Positions 48,908-57,880 of a stretch of DNA of 64,000 bases are shown piece by piece. A model generated the notes under the pieces. It saw only the letters and a program-made list of their open reading frames with translations, had not been told where the DNA came from and searched no databases. Source of the stretch: Candidatus Latescibacterota bacterium (GTDB lineage: Bacteria; Latescibacterota; CBDEFO01); assembly GCA_965248755.1 (NCBI GenBank), contig OZ252149.1, positions 3,520,001 to 3,584,000 of the forward strand, in the 5' to 3' direction. Every line of letters starts with the position of its first letter. Position 1 is the first letter of the stretch. A program made the translations under genes and the position numbers.

Positions 48908-48952
48908 CCAGTCCCCGATCCCCAATTGATACTATTGGGGATCGGGGACTGG
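48908..48952. repeat. Perfect 19-bp-stem palindrome made of two nested CCCC(G/A)AT hairpins
   Basis: CCAGTCCCCGAT-CCCCAAT-TGATACT-ATTGGGG-ATCGGGGACTGG. Confidence 0.9.
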
Positions 48953-48963
48953 CAATAGATGAT

Positions 48964-48990
48964 GTAGGGGCTGGGTTACCCCGCCCCTAC
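48964..48990. repeat. GTAG-type REP (GTAGGGGCTGGGTTACCCCGCCCCTAC)
   Basis: Palindrome; degenerate relatives at about 35498-35524, 54292-54314 and 56027-56049. Confidence 0.7.
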
Positions 48991-49105
48991 AAAGTGTTCG
49001 AACAGAACTCGCTTACCTACAAAAATAAAACTAGGTGATCCTGACAGTATACCAGGCCAAGTACCAGTTCACAACGTGATGTATATATATCCGGAGGTGA
49101 TTGAC

Positions 49106-50815
49106 TTGCTTCGTCGGTTGTACATAAAGGACCTGGCTCTAATTGAGGGTGCAGATGTGGAGCTCTCCCCAGGGTTGAACATCATCACGGGGGAGACGGG
49201 CGCGGGAAAGTCTATGCTGATCGGGGCTTTAGGACTGATATTGGGCGAACGGGCGGACACCGACTCGGTGAGAAAGGGCGCAGAAAGATGTCTGGTCGAA
49301 GGTACATTTGAACTTAGTGAAGGGCATCCGATCCTTCAGAAGTTGGACGATATAGGCGTTTCAGCCTCCGACGAGGATAACTATCTGCTTATCCTAAGAC
49401 GTGAGGTGTCCTCTGATGGAAAGAGCAGGTGCTTTGCAAATGGCTCCTCTATCACGAGCAGGACCCTAAGACAGATCGGCGACCTTCTGGTAGACCTTCA
49501 CGGTCAGCACGATCACCAGTCCCTTTTAAAAGTAGATGAACATGTGGAGTTTCTGGACGGCTTCGGGAGACTGACAGGTCTGGTGCAGAAAGTGGAGAAA
49601 GCCCACAGGGAACTGGGAGACGCAAAAAAGAGTATCAGCGAATTAGAGCGGAAAAAGGATGGTTTAGAGGAAAAAAGGGAACTTCAGGAATTTCAGCTGA
49701 ACGAGATTCTGGAGGCAGACCCAAAAATAGGAGAGGACGAGGATCTGGAAAGAGGAAGGTCGGTGCTTGAGAACTCCCAGTTTCTTTCTGAGACGGGCTC
49801 GGGGCTTTTAGATATGTTATACGAAGGGGAAGACTCGGTCGTAGATCACCTGGGGAGGGGAGAAAGGCAGATGTCGGATGCCGCCAGGATAGATAATGAG
49901 CTCTCTTCAAAGCTGTCGCAGTTTCAAGAGCTGATATACCGTGTCGAGGACCTCGCTGACTTTTTCAGAGATTACGTACAAAAGATTCAAAGCGATCCCG
50001 GCAGATTGGAAGAGGTGGGGGAAAGGCTCGTTCTACTGGAGAGATTGAAGAGGAAATACGGCCAAACTCTGGACAATGTGATAAAGTACAGGGAGACTTT
50101 GGAGAGGGAATTAGGCCTTTCGGATGCTATAGATGAGCAGATAGGAGAAGCCCGGAGTCTCTTTGTAAAGATAGAGGAGAAATTCTCCAAGCTATGCGCC
50201 GAGCTATCAAGAAAGCGAGATTTATCGGGGCGGAAGCTCTCTTTGAAGGTGAACGATGCTTTAGGCGATCTGGGGATGGCTAGGGCGAAGTTCAGGGTCG
50301 ATCTGATGCGTACGGAAGTGGGCGAAGGCGGAGCGGTTATAGATGGAAGGAGATTCGAGGCGGGTCCCAAAGGTGCCGAAAGGACGGAGTTCTACATCTC
50401 GACCAATCCGGGCGAGGGCGAAAAGCGCCTCAAAAGGATCGCCTCAGGCGGAGAAGTCTCAAGGATCATGCTCGCCTTAAAATCAATATTAGCGGACGTG
50501 GACTCTGTTCCACTTCTGGTGTTCGACGAGATAGATATAGGAATATCCGGCAGGATAGCGGACGCCGTAGGGAAAAAGCTCAGAGAGCTGTCAGCGTCGC
50601 ATCAGGTAATCTCCATCACCCATCTGCCTCAGATAGCCAGCCATGCGGAGGAGCACCTTTGTGTGATCAAAGAGGTCAAAGGCCGAAGGAGTATAGCATC
50701 GGTAGTGACCTTAGATGAAGACCAGAGGAAAGAAGAACTCGCGAAGCTTATAGCTGGAGAGGATATTTCGGACGTGACGAAAAGATACGCCGAGGAACTG
50801 CTTAGTAGAGGATAA
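49106..50815 (+). CDS. recN: DNA repair protein RecN
   Basis: ITGETGAGKS Walker A, LHGQHD, ASGGEVSRIMLALK, FDEID, ITHLPQIA; TTG start after GGAGGTGA. Confidence 0.96.
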   Translation: MLRRLYIKDLALIEGADVELSPGLNIITGETGAGKSMLIGALGLILGERADTDSVRKGAERCLVEGTFELSEGHPILQKLDDIGVSASDEDNYLLILRREVSSDGKSRCFANGSSITSRTLRQIGDLLVDLHGQHDHQSLLKVDEHVEFLDGFGRLTGLVQKVEKAHRELGDAKKSISELERKKDGLEEKRELQEFQLNEILEADPKIGEDEDLERGRSVLENSQFLSETGSGLLDMLYEGEDSVVDHLGRGERQMSDAARIDNELSSKLSQFQELIYRVEDLADFFRDYVQKIQSDPGRLEEVGERLVLLERLKRKYGQTLDNVIKYRETLERELGLSDAIDEQIGEARSLFVKIEEKFSKLCAELSRKRDLSGRKLSLKVNDALGDLGMARAKFRVDLMRTEVGEGGAVIDGRRFEAGPKGAERTEFYISTNPGEGEKRLKRIASGGEVSRIMLALKSILADVDSVPLLVFDEIDIGISGRIADAVGKKLRELSASHQVISITHLPQIASHAEEHLCVIKEVKGRRSIASVVTLDEDQRKEELAKLIAGEDISDVTKRYAEELLSRG

Positions 50816-51102
50816 GCTCTGAGGGAAAGCATGACCGATCAGCTATTCAGGCCTGAATGTCCGGGAGATGTTCAACACCAGCAGGCCACAAGATACGGTA
50901 CAGAGGACGCTTTTCACTGCAGGGATATTGATTGGCTGCGGCGACGAACTCAAAGTTTAATACACGCATAAAGATAAAGACGCCCTATCTGGATATGCAT
51001 GCCGTTCTTCAGGAGCAAGTTAGAATAGTAGACAGTAGTAAGTAGAGCCGGTCCTCCTCGTACCTTCTATTCTCTTGGATGCTCTGCCTGAATCTTTGAA
51101 CG

Positions 51103-51495
51103 ATGATGAACAATCAAAAGTACGATGCCTCGTATCTCAAGGCTCTGGATCTTTATCGACAAGGTAGACACTGGGACGCTCACGAAGCCCTTGAGGATGC
51201 CTGGAGAGCGGAGGAGGATGCCATCCGGAAGCTATTCTACCACGGTATCATACAGCTTGCGGCGGCCTTCCACCATCTCGAAAAGGAGAATATGCACGGG
51301 GTCAAAACCCTCATTAGGAAGTCCAAGGATAAGCTCGAAAAGTGTCCGCCTTTCTATCTGGGAATCGACGTATCTAGTGTCCTGCGCGAAATAGAATCGT
51401 GCCAGAGGGAGGCAGAAGCGGTGGAACGCGGAGAGAGAAAAGTGTTCGGCTGGAAATTGAAGCCCTGTTTATGTTTGCATTCTGAAAAAGAGTAG
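51103..51495 (+). CDS. DUF309 family protein
   Basis: WDAHEALEDAW...YHGIIQLAAAFHH. Confidence 0.85.
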   Translation: MMNNQKYDASYLKALDLYRQGRHWDAHEALEDAWRAEEDAIRKLFYHGIIQLAAAFHHLEKENMHGVKTLIRKSKDKLEKCPPFYLGIDVSSVLREIESCQREAEAVERGERKVFGWKLKPCLCLHSEKE

Positions 51496-51515
51496 ATAGG
51501 TTCAAAAAAGGAGTC

Positions 51516-54284
51516 ATGGCAGTGTCTGCAAAATATGTATATTCCTTCGGCAGTGGCGCTTCCGAAGAAACTGGTGTGATGAAGGATATTTTAGGGGGCA
51601 AGGGTGCTAGTTTGGCGGAGATGACCAGCTTGGGCATACCAGTACCGGCCGGATTTACTATATCAACAGAGGTATGCAGTATCTATCAGGTGAACGGCAC
51701 ATATCCAGAAGGCCTGAAAGAGGACGTAGAACGGGCGATAGGGAGGATGGAGGAGGTTATGGGCTCCAGATTCGGGGATAAGGAAGATCCTCTCCTGATG
51801 TCGGCGAGGTCGGGGGCGAGGGCGTCTATGCCGGGGATGATGGATACGGTGCTGAATTTGGGTCTGAACGACGAGACCGTGGAGGGATTGGCCAAAAGGT
51901 CGGAAAATGAAAGGTTTGCCTGGGATTGCTATCGGCGACTTGTGCAGATGTACGGCGATGTGGTGCTGGGGTTAAAGGAGAGTGAGGATGACGAACGCGA
52001 TCCTTTTGAGCTGATAATAGAGGAGGAAAAGCGGAAAAAGGGCGTAAAATCAGATTTGGAATTAGACGCCTGTGACCTCAAGAATCTGGTAGTTCGATTC
52101 AAGAATGAGATCAGGAGGCGGCTGAATGTGGAGTTCCCCTTTGACCCGATGAAGCAGTTGTGGGGAGCCATCGGAGCGGTCTTCGGATCGTGGAACAACC
52201 AAAGGGCATTGGCTTACAGAGAACTCAACAGAATCCCCGACGATTGGGGGACAGCTGTGAGCGTGCAGGCTATGGTCTTCGGGAATATGGGAGGTAAGAG
52301 CGGAACGGGTGTGGCGTTTACTCGCAACCCAGCCACAGGCGACAACGCGCTCTACGGCGAATACCTGATGAACGCTCAGGGTGAGGATGTGGTGGCGGGT
52401 ATAAGGACTCCACAGCCTATCAACCGCGCTCAAAAAGCAGAAAGTGACCTTCCCTCTTTGGAGGAGGAGATGCCGGAGGTTTACCGGAAACTCGAAGATA
52501 TTAGCCAGAAGCTGGACAATCATTACAAGGATATGCAGGACTTTGAGTTCACCATAGAGAGGAAGCAGCTATGGATGCTCCAGACGAGGGCAGGCAAGAG
52601 GACGGGGTTTGCAGCCTGCAGGATAGCCGTGGATCTGGCAAAGAAGGGAATAATAGATAAGGAGGAGGCCCTAACGAGGGTGGAGCCAGACCAGTTGAAT
52701 CAGCTCTTGAGGCCCACATTCGATCCTCAGGAGAAGGCAAAAGCCATAGCCGAAGGCAGGTTCCTTGCAAGAGGACTCAACGCAGGACCGGGCGCGGCAT
52801 CGGGGATAGTGGTCCTGAGAGCGGATAGGGCAGAGGAGATGGCAAGAAAGGGAGAGGACTTAATCCTGGTCCGTATCGAGACGTCTCCCGAGGACATAAG
52901 GGGAATGAACGCAGCGGTGGGGATACTTACCTCGAGAGGAGGGATGACCTCACACGCTGCAGTGGTGGCCCGTCAGATGGGAAAGGTATGTGTAGTGGGG
53001 TGCGAGCGTCTCCAGATAGACTACGGAGCAGGGAAGATAACCGTAAGAGGGGATGGCACTTCCGGGAGCAGCTCAGCGATAGACGAAGGGGCTTACATCT
53101 CCATAGACGGCGCTACAGGCGAGGTGTTCTCCGGCCATATCAAGACTGTCCCTTCGGAGGTCCTGCAGGTTTTGGTGGACAGGACTATGGAGCCTGAGGA
53201 GTCAGAGGCATATCAGGACTTTGCTGCCTTGATGTCCTGGGCGGACGAGGTGAGGAGATTGGAGGTGTGGACTAACGCTGACGAAGCGGATCAGGTGAGG
53301 ACAGCCCTGGGTTTCGGAGCACAGGGCATCGGACTCTGTCGGACGGAGCATATGTTTTTCGAAGGTAACAGGATCGACGCTATGAGGGAGATGATCCTCG
53401 CCGACAACAAAAAGGACAGGGAGCAAGCCCTCGAAAAGCTCCTGCCGATGCAAAGACAGGACTTTGTTGAGATATTCAGGCTCATGGACGGACTCCCGGT
53501 GACCATAAGGACTCTGGATCCCCCTCTACACGAGTTCCTGCCCCATGGTCCCCAGGAAATTGAGAACTTAGCTGAGAAGATGAAGGTCCCTGTGGAAAAA
53601 CTTCATCTTCGGATGGACGAGCTTAAGGAGCTAAATCCAATGTTAGGGCACAGAGGATGCCGCCTGGGTATTATTTATCCCGAGATAACGGCGATGCAGG
53701 CAAGGGCGATATTTGAGGCGGCGTGTCAGGTGGCGTCTGAAGGTAAAAGTGTTCATCCTGAGGTGATGATCCCCCTTGTGGGGGACGTGAACGAGCTGGC
53801 GCTGCAAAGGAGGATAGTGGAGCGGACAGCTAAAAGCGTTATGTCATCCTGCGGCGTGGAGATACACTATCTTGTCGGGACTATGATCGAGCTGCCGAGG
53901 GCGGCGCTGACGGCCGATAAGATAGCGGTGGAGGCAGACTTCTTCTCGTTCGGGACTAACGATCTGACCCAGACTACAATGGGGCTTTCCAGAGACGACG
54001 CCGGGAAGTTTTTGCCCGATTACATAGCCTTAGACATAATAAAGACAGATCCCTTCCAGGAGTTGGACAGGGAGGGTGTGGGGCAGCTAGTGCAGATGGG
54101 CACAGAAAGGGGGAGAGCGACTCGTCCCGACCTTAAGGTCGGGATCTGCGGTGAGCACGGCGGCGATCCGAGCTCTGTGGAGTTCTGTCATGCCATCGGC
54201 CTGGACTACGTAAGCTGTTCGCCGTATCGAGTGCCGATTGCCCGCCTTGCAGCAGCGCAGGCGGTGCTAAAAAGTAAAATGTAG
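51516..54284 (+). CDS. ppdK: Pyruvate, phosphate dikinase
   Basis: LGGKGA, RSGARASMPGMMDTVLN, GGMTSHAA, GLCRTEHMF, SFGTNDLTQ, GICGEHGG. Confidence 0.97.
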   Translation: MAVSAKYVYSFGSGASEETGVMKDILGGKGASLAEMTSLGIPVPAGFTISTEVCSIYQVNGTYPEGLKEDVERAIGRMEEVMGSRFGDKEDPLLMSARSGARASMPGMMDTVLNLGLNDETVEGLAKRSENERFAWDCYRRLVQMYGDVVLGLKESEDDERDPFELIIEEEKRKKGVKSDLELDACDLKNLVVRFKNEIRRRLNVEFPFDPMKQLWGAIGAVFGSWNNQRALAYRELNRIPDDWGTAVSVQAMVFGNMGGKSGTGVAFTRNPATGDNALYGEYLMNAQGEDVVAGIRTPQPINRAQKAESDLPSLEEEMPEVYRKLEDISQKLDNHYKDMQDFEFTIERKQLWMLQTRAGKRTGFAACRIAVDLAKKGIIDKEEALTRVEPDQLNQLLRPTFDPQEKAKAIAEGRFLARGLNAGPGAASGIVVLRADRAEEMARKGEDLILVRIETSPEDIRGMNAAVGILTSRGGMTSHAAVVARQMGKVCVVGCERLQIDYGAGKITVRGDGTSGSSSAIDEGAYISIDGATGEVFSGHIKTVPSEVLQVLVDRTMEPEESEAYQDFAALMSWADEVRRLEVWTNADEADQVRTALGFGAQGIGLCRTEHMFFEGNRIDAMREMILADNKKDREQALEKLLPMQRQDFVEIFRLMDGLPVTIRTLDPPLHEFLPHGPQEIENLAEKMKVPVEKLHLRMDELKELNPMLGHRGCRLGIIYPEITAMQARAIFEAACQVASEGKSVHPEVMIPLVGDVNELALQRRIVERTAKSVMSSCGVEIHYLVGTMIELPRAALTADKIAVEADFFSFGTNDLTQTTMGLSRDDAGKFLPDYIALDIIKTDPFQELDREGVGQLVQMGTERGRATRPDLKVGICGEHGGDPSSVEFCHAIGLDYVSCSPYRVPIARLAAAQAVLKSKM

Positions 54285-54333
54285 ACAGAATGCAGGGGCG
54301 AGGTTACTTCGCCCGGTAGACGGGGAGAGAAGA

Positions 54334-56007
54334 ATGACCGATAGTACAAAGCGTCTTAGCAGTACCATCACCGACGGGCTGGAACGCGCGCCGGCGCGTG
54401 CGATGCTCAAATCGATCGGATTAAGGGACGAGGACTTGGCTCGACCCTTAATCGGAATCGCCAACACCTGGATTGAAGTTGGGCCCTGCAACTTTCACCT
54501 TCGCCGATTGGCAGAGAAGGTCAAAGAGGGTGTCCGAGCCGGCGGCGGAACGCCATTAGAGTTCAACACGGTCTCGATCTCCGACGGGATCACGATGGGG
54601 ACAGAGGGGATGAAGATGTCGCTTGTCAGCCGCGAGATCATCGCTGATTCAATCGAGCTTGTGGCGCGCGGGAATATGTTCGACGCTGTGGTTGCCCTCT
54701 CAGGCTGCGACAAGACGATACCCGGTACGGTGATGGCCCTGGCACGTCTTGATGTCCCTTCCTTGATGCTCTACGGCGGCTCGATTATGCCGGGACAGTT
54801 CCAGGGACGCGATGTGACGATTCAGGATGTCTTCGAGGCGGTCGGCGCGCACGCAACCGGTAAGATGACGGACGAGGAGTTTTACGATTTGGAGGATCAC
54901 GCGTGTCCGGGTGCCGGCGCCTGCGGAGGCCAGTTCACAGCCAATACGATGGCGACCGCTATAGAGATACTCGGGATGGCGCCTATGGGGAGCGGATCTG
55001 TGCCGGCGATGGACTCCAGAAAGGACGAGGTCGCCGTCCAAGCTGGAAAATTAGTAATGGAGATGCTGCAGCAGGGCCTCCGACCCAGGAACATTATCAC
55101 CAGGGCCTCAATCGAGAACGCTATCGCATCTATCGCTACTTCCGGCGGCTCCACCAACGGAGTCCTGCATTTTCTGGCTATCGCTCACGAAATGGGCATC
55201 CCTTTGACCATAGATGACTTCGATCGGATCAGTTCCAAAACGCCGCTGCTTGCCGATTTAAAGCCCGGAGGCCGCTTCGTAGCTAACGACCTCTACCGCG
55301 CCGGTGGCATAGCTCTTGTCGCCAGGCGCCTGCTGGATGCGGGACTCTTGAACGCGGATGAAATAACGGTTACAGGGAAAACCATCAAAGAGGAGGCGAG
55401 TAAAGCCTCGGAGACACCGGGCCAAGAGGTCTTAAGGCCTCTTGCAGATCCGATCAAGCCGACCGGAGGACTCGTCATCTTGAAAGGCAACCTGGCGCCG
55501 GAGGGTTCTGTCCTGAAGGTGGCCGGCCACGAGCGTCTCAGCCACCGGGGTCCTGCTCGAGTCTTTGACACTGAGGATGACGTCCTTCCGAGCATCGAGC
55601 GGGGCCAGATCAAGGCGGGAGACGTGGTCGTTATCCGGTACGAGGGTCCCGTGGGAGGTCCAGGTATGCGCGAGATGCTTGCTGTGACAGGGGCACTTGT
55701 CGGAGCGGGACTTGGCGATTCGGTCGCTCTCTTGACAGATGGCCGCTTCTCAGGGGCCACGCACGGTCTGATGGTCGGTCACGTCGCGCCTGAAGCGGCG
55801 CGGGGAGGACCAATTGCTGCGGTTCAGGACGGTGACACCATAGTCTTTGATGTGGAATCCCGTCGGCTCGACGTGGAACTGTCAGATGAGGAGATAAAAG
55901 AAAGGATGAGCCGCTGGACGCCTCCGCCTCCGCGCTACAAAACCGGCGTTATGGCCAAGTATGCGCGATTAGTCTCCTCCGCGTCCCAGGGTGCAGTCAC
56001 CCAATAG
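54334..56007 (+). CDS. ilvD: Dihydroxy-acid dehydratase
   Basis: PCNFHL, SDGITMG, GCDKT, GACGGQFTANTM, GGSTN, GPGMREML, TDGRFSG. Confidence 0.96.
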   Translation: MTDSTKRLSSTITDGLERAPARAMLKSIGLRDEDLARPLIGIANTWIEVGPCNFHLRRLAEKVKEGVRAGGGTPLEFNTVSISDGITMGTEGMKMSLVSREIIADSIELVARGNMFDAVVALSGCDKTIPGTVMALARLDVPSLMLYGGSIMPGQFQGRDVTIQDVFEAVGAHATGKMTDEEFYDLEDHACPGAGACGGQFTANTMATAIEILGMAPMGSGSVPAMDSRKDEVAVQAGKLVMEMLQQGLRPRNIITRASIENAIASIATSGGSTNGVLHFLAIAHEMGIPLTIDDFDRISSKTPLLADLKPGGRFVANDLYRAGGIALVARRLLDAGLLNADEITVTGKTIKEEASKASETPGQEVLRPLADPIKPTGGLVILKGNLAPEGSVLKVAGHERLSHRGPARVFDTEDDVLPSIERGQIKAGDVVVIRYEGPVGGPGMREMLAVTGALVGAGLGDSVALLTDGRFSGATHGLMVGHVAPEAARGGPIAAVQDGDTIVFDVESRRLDVELSDEEIKERMSRWTPPPPRYKTGVMAKYARLVSSASQGAVTQ

Positions 56008-56207
56008 GTCTTATATAGGACACAATGTAGGGGTGAGATCTCGTCGCCCAGGGACAGATCGGCTATTGTGCACAGAGACGATGAAATGCGCAATAGCCGT
56101 TTTTATATAGACGAAGTGGCGTTGTCTGAAAGTTGGTTCGGAGATTAATGGCATGTACTATCGCCGCAATTTACGAATTCAGGAGGAAACAAGACAGGAG
56201 GGAAATT

Positions 56208-57092
56208 ATGGCAAATGAGCTACCGAACCTTGTGGTTCCTAGAGCGGAAGCAGCCCAAAAGATCAAGGCGCAGATAGAGAAGGGACACGAAATCAAAGAC
56301 CTATCCATCAATTCTCAAGAAGATTTGGAAAGAGTTCGAGCAGAATGCAACAAATGGTCAGATTACAACCGGACATTGCTTAATCGTTTATTTGACAATG
56401 ACACTATGAGCGAGGAATATTCGTCTTCTTTCAGTTTTTCTGGTACTGTATTGCCATTGTCTCTTGATTATTCTAGGAGGGGGCAAGGAGAAAGAATATC
56501 TCAAAATGCGAAATTTTTCAAAGAAGATGTCGTTTCTTGTGTCAGTAGATTGGAGTCCGTCTTAGAGCGTCTAGAACTCATTCCTGAACCTGAATCGCAA
56601 CCTATATCTTCAATTTCGTCAGATGATCAAAGCCAGTCTTTGGACAGAGAAGTCTTTATTGTGCATGGCCGCGATGAGGGGGCAAAGGAATCTGTAAAAG
56701 GGTTCATTAAGGACTTAGATCTTGTTCCAATAATACTTCATGAACAGCCGAACGCTGGCAGGACTATTATAGAGAAACTTGAAGATGAATCCATTATTGT
56801 TAGTTTTGCGATAGTGTTACTAACTCCTGACGACATTGGTTATCCTAAGGATCGGACAAATGAATCAAAACCACGTGCTCGCCAAAATGTAATCTTCGAA
56901 CTTGGCTATTTTATAGGCAAATTAGGACGTAGCAAAGTGTGTGCTCTCTACAAAGAGGGTGTTGAAATACCGTCAGATTTTAAAGGAGTGGTATATTTGC
57001 TGATGGGTTCTGGTGATGGATGGAAGCTTGAGCTTGGTAGGGAAATCAAAAATGCTGGGATTGAAATTGATCTAAATATGTTGTTTAAGTAG
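56208..57092 (+). CDS. TIR-like domain protein (CAP12/Pycsar-type TIR) with unassigned N-terminal domain
   Basis: VFIVHGRD, PIILHEQPNAGRTIIEKLE, FAIVLLTPDD, RARQNVIFELGYF, EIPSD. Confidence 0.88.
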   Translation: MANELPNLVVPRAEAAQKIKAQIEKGHEIKDLSINSQEDLERVRAECNKWSDYNRTLLNRLFDNDTMSEEYSSSFSFSGTVLPLSLDYSRRGQGERISQNAKFFKEDVVSCVSRLESVLERLELIPEPESQPISSISSDDQSQSLDREVFIVHGRDEGAKESVKGFIKDLDLVPIILHEQPNAGRTIIEKLEDESIIVSFAIVLLTPDDIGYPKDRTNESKPRARQNVIFELGYFIGKLGRSKVCALYKEGVEIPSDFKGVVYLLMGSGDGWKLELGREIKNAGIEIDLNMLFK

Positions 57093-57175
57093 GAAAGGGA
57101 GTGACTTCGGCAATGCCACCGAAATCTATAGAAACAAATTCTTTAGTACTCGCTGAAATATTAGGATGACATAAT

Positions 57176-57865
57176 ATGATAAAATGGGATGACTACTGGG
57201 AGAGGTATTCAATATCTAAGGCAGAAAAATGGATGGTTTTGGAAAGAGATAAGATAATAAATTCTTGCATAGATAGATTAGATTTATGCCGAAAAGAAAT
57301 CGTTGAAATAGGATGTGGTTATGGCTCTAACATAAGACTGATAAAGGAGAATAGAAACGATGTGGAATGCTATGCTCTGGATAATAGTAGTACTGCTATT
57401 GAACTGATAAGAGAAGATATTCCCGACGCCTTTTTGTCCGATTGTAGAGACACGCCTTTTGCTGACAATAAGTTTGACCTGATCTTTAGCGCCGGATTAA
57501 TGGAACACTTCAGGGATGAAAAGCCCTTCTTAGCAGAAATGAAGAGGATTTTAAAAGATGACGGTTATCTAATTACGTTTGTTCCAGCAAGATTTTCATT
57601 ATGGCAGCTTTATCGGCTATCTCATTTTGGTTTCTGGCAGCATGGATATGAGAAATCCTATACTTATTATAAGTTAAAGTCACTATTTGTCCGTAATGAG
57701 TTTCGCGTAATAGAAATTTCAGGAATTGATCCCTACAGTATTAATGGTTTCATAATGAAATTGTTTAATATTACATTTTCTCCGATTATGAGTAGATCGT
57801 TTCCCAAGAGTGGATACACTGAACTTTGTATAATTGCTAAAGAGCATTTATCTTCTGAGCCATAG
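57176..57865 (+). CDS. Class I SAM-dependent methyltransferase
   Basis: VEIGCGYG, PFADNKFDLI..GLMEHF, EMKRILK; AT-rich. Confidence 0.88.
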   Translation: MIKWDDYWERYSISKAEKWMVLERDKIINSCIDRLDLCRKEIVEIGCGYGSNIRLIKENRNDVECYALDNSSTAIELIREDIPDAFLSDCRDTPFADNKFDLIFSAGLMEHFRDEKPFLAEMKRILKDDGYLITFVPARFSLWQLYRLSHFGFWQHGYEKSYTYYKLKSLFVRNEFRVIEISGIDPYSINGFIMKLFNITFSPIMSRSFPKSGYTELCIIAKEHLSSEP

Positions 57866-57880
57866 GAGAGATTTGAAATT

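Larger units (their letters stand above)
2263..48952. repeat. Dispersed family of 19-24 bp hairpins CCCC(C)GAT-loop-ATCGGGG(G)
   Basis: Copies at about 2263, 10233, 12330, 13596, 21623, 34688, 38860, 39528, 40154, 40185, 43412, 45590, 48817 and 48911. Confidence 0.9.
8893..54290. repeat. Dispersed (CA)GTAGACAG repeat, often followed by GGG..CACC(T)CCTCCC
   Basis: Copies at about 8894, 8973, 9050, 13585, 33100 (rev), 34649, 35243, 38132, 42620, 42759, 43360, 43451, 45561 (rev), 45630 (rev), 48801, 48839, 51027 and 54281. Confidence 0.8.

Noticed and set aside
50831..51023. RTLFTAGILI peptide resembling the SecY N-terminus
   Set aside because: Only about 10 residues of similarity in a 30-codon ORF; not supportable.
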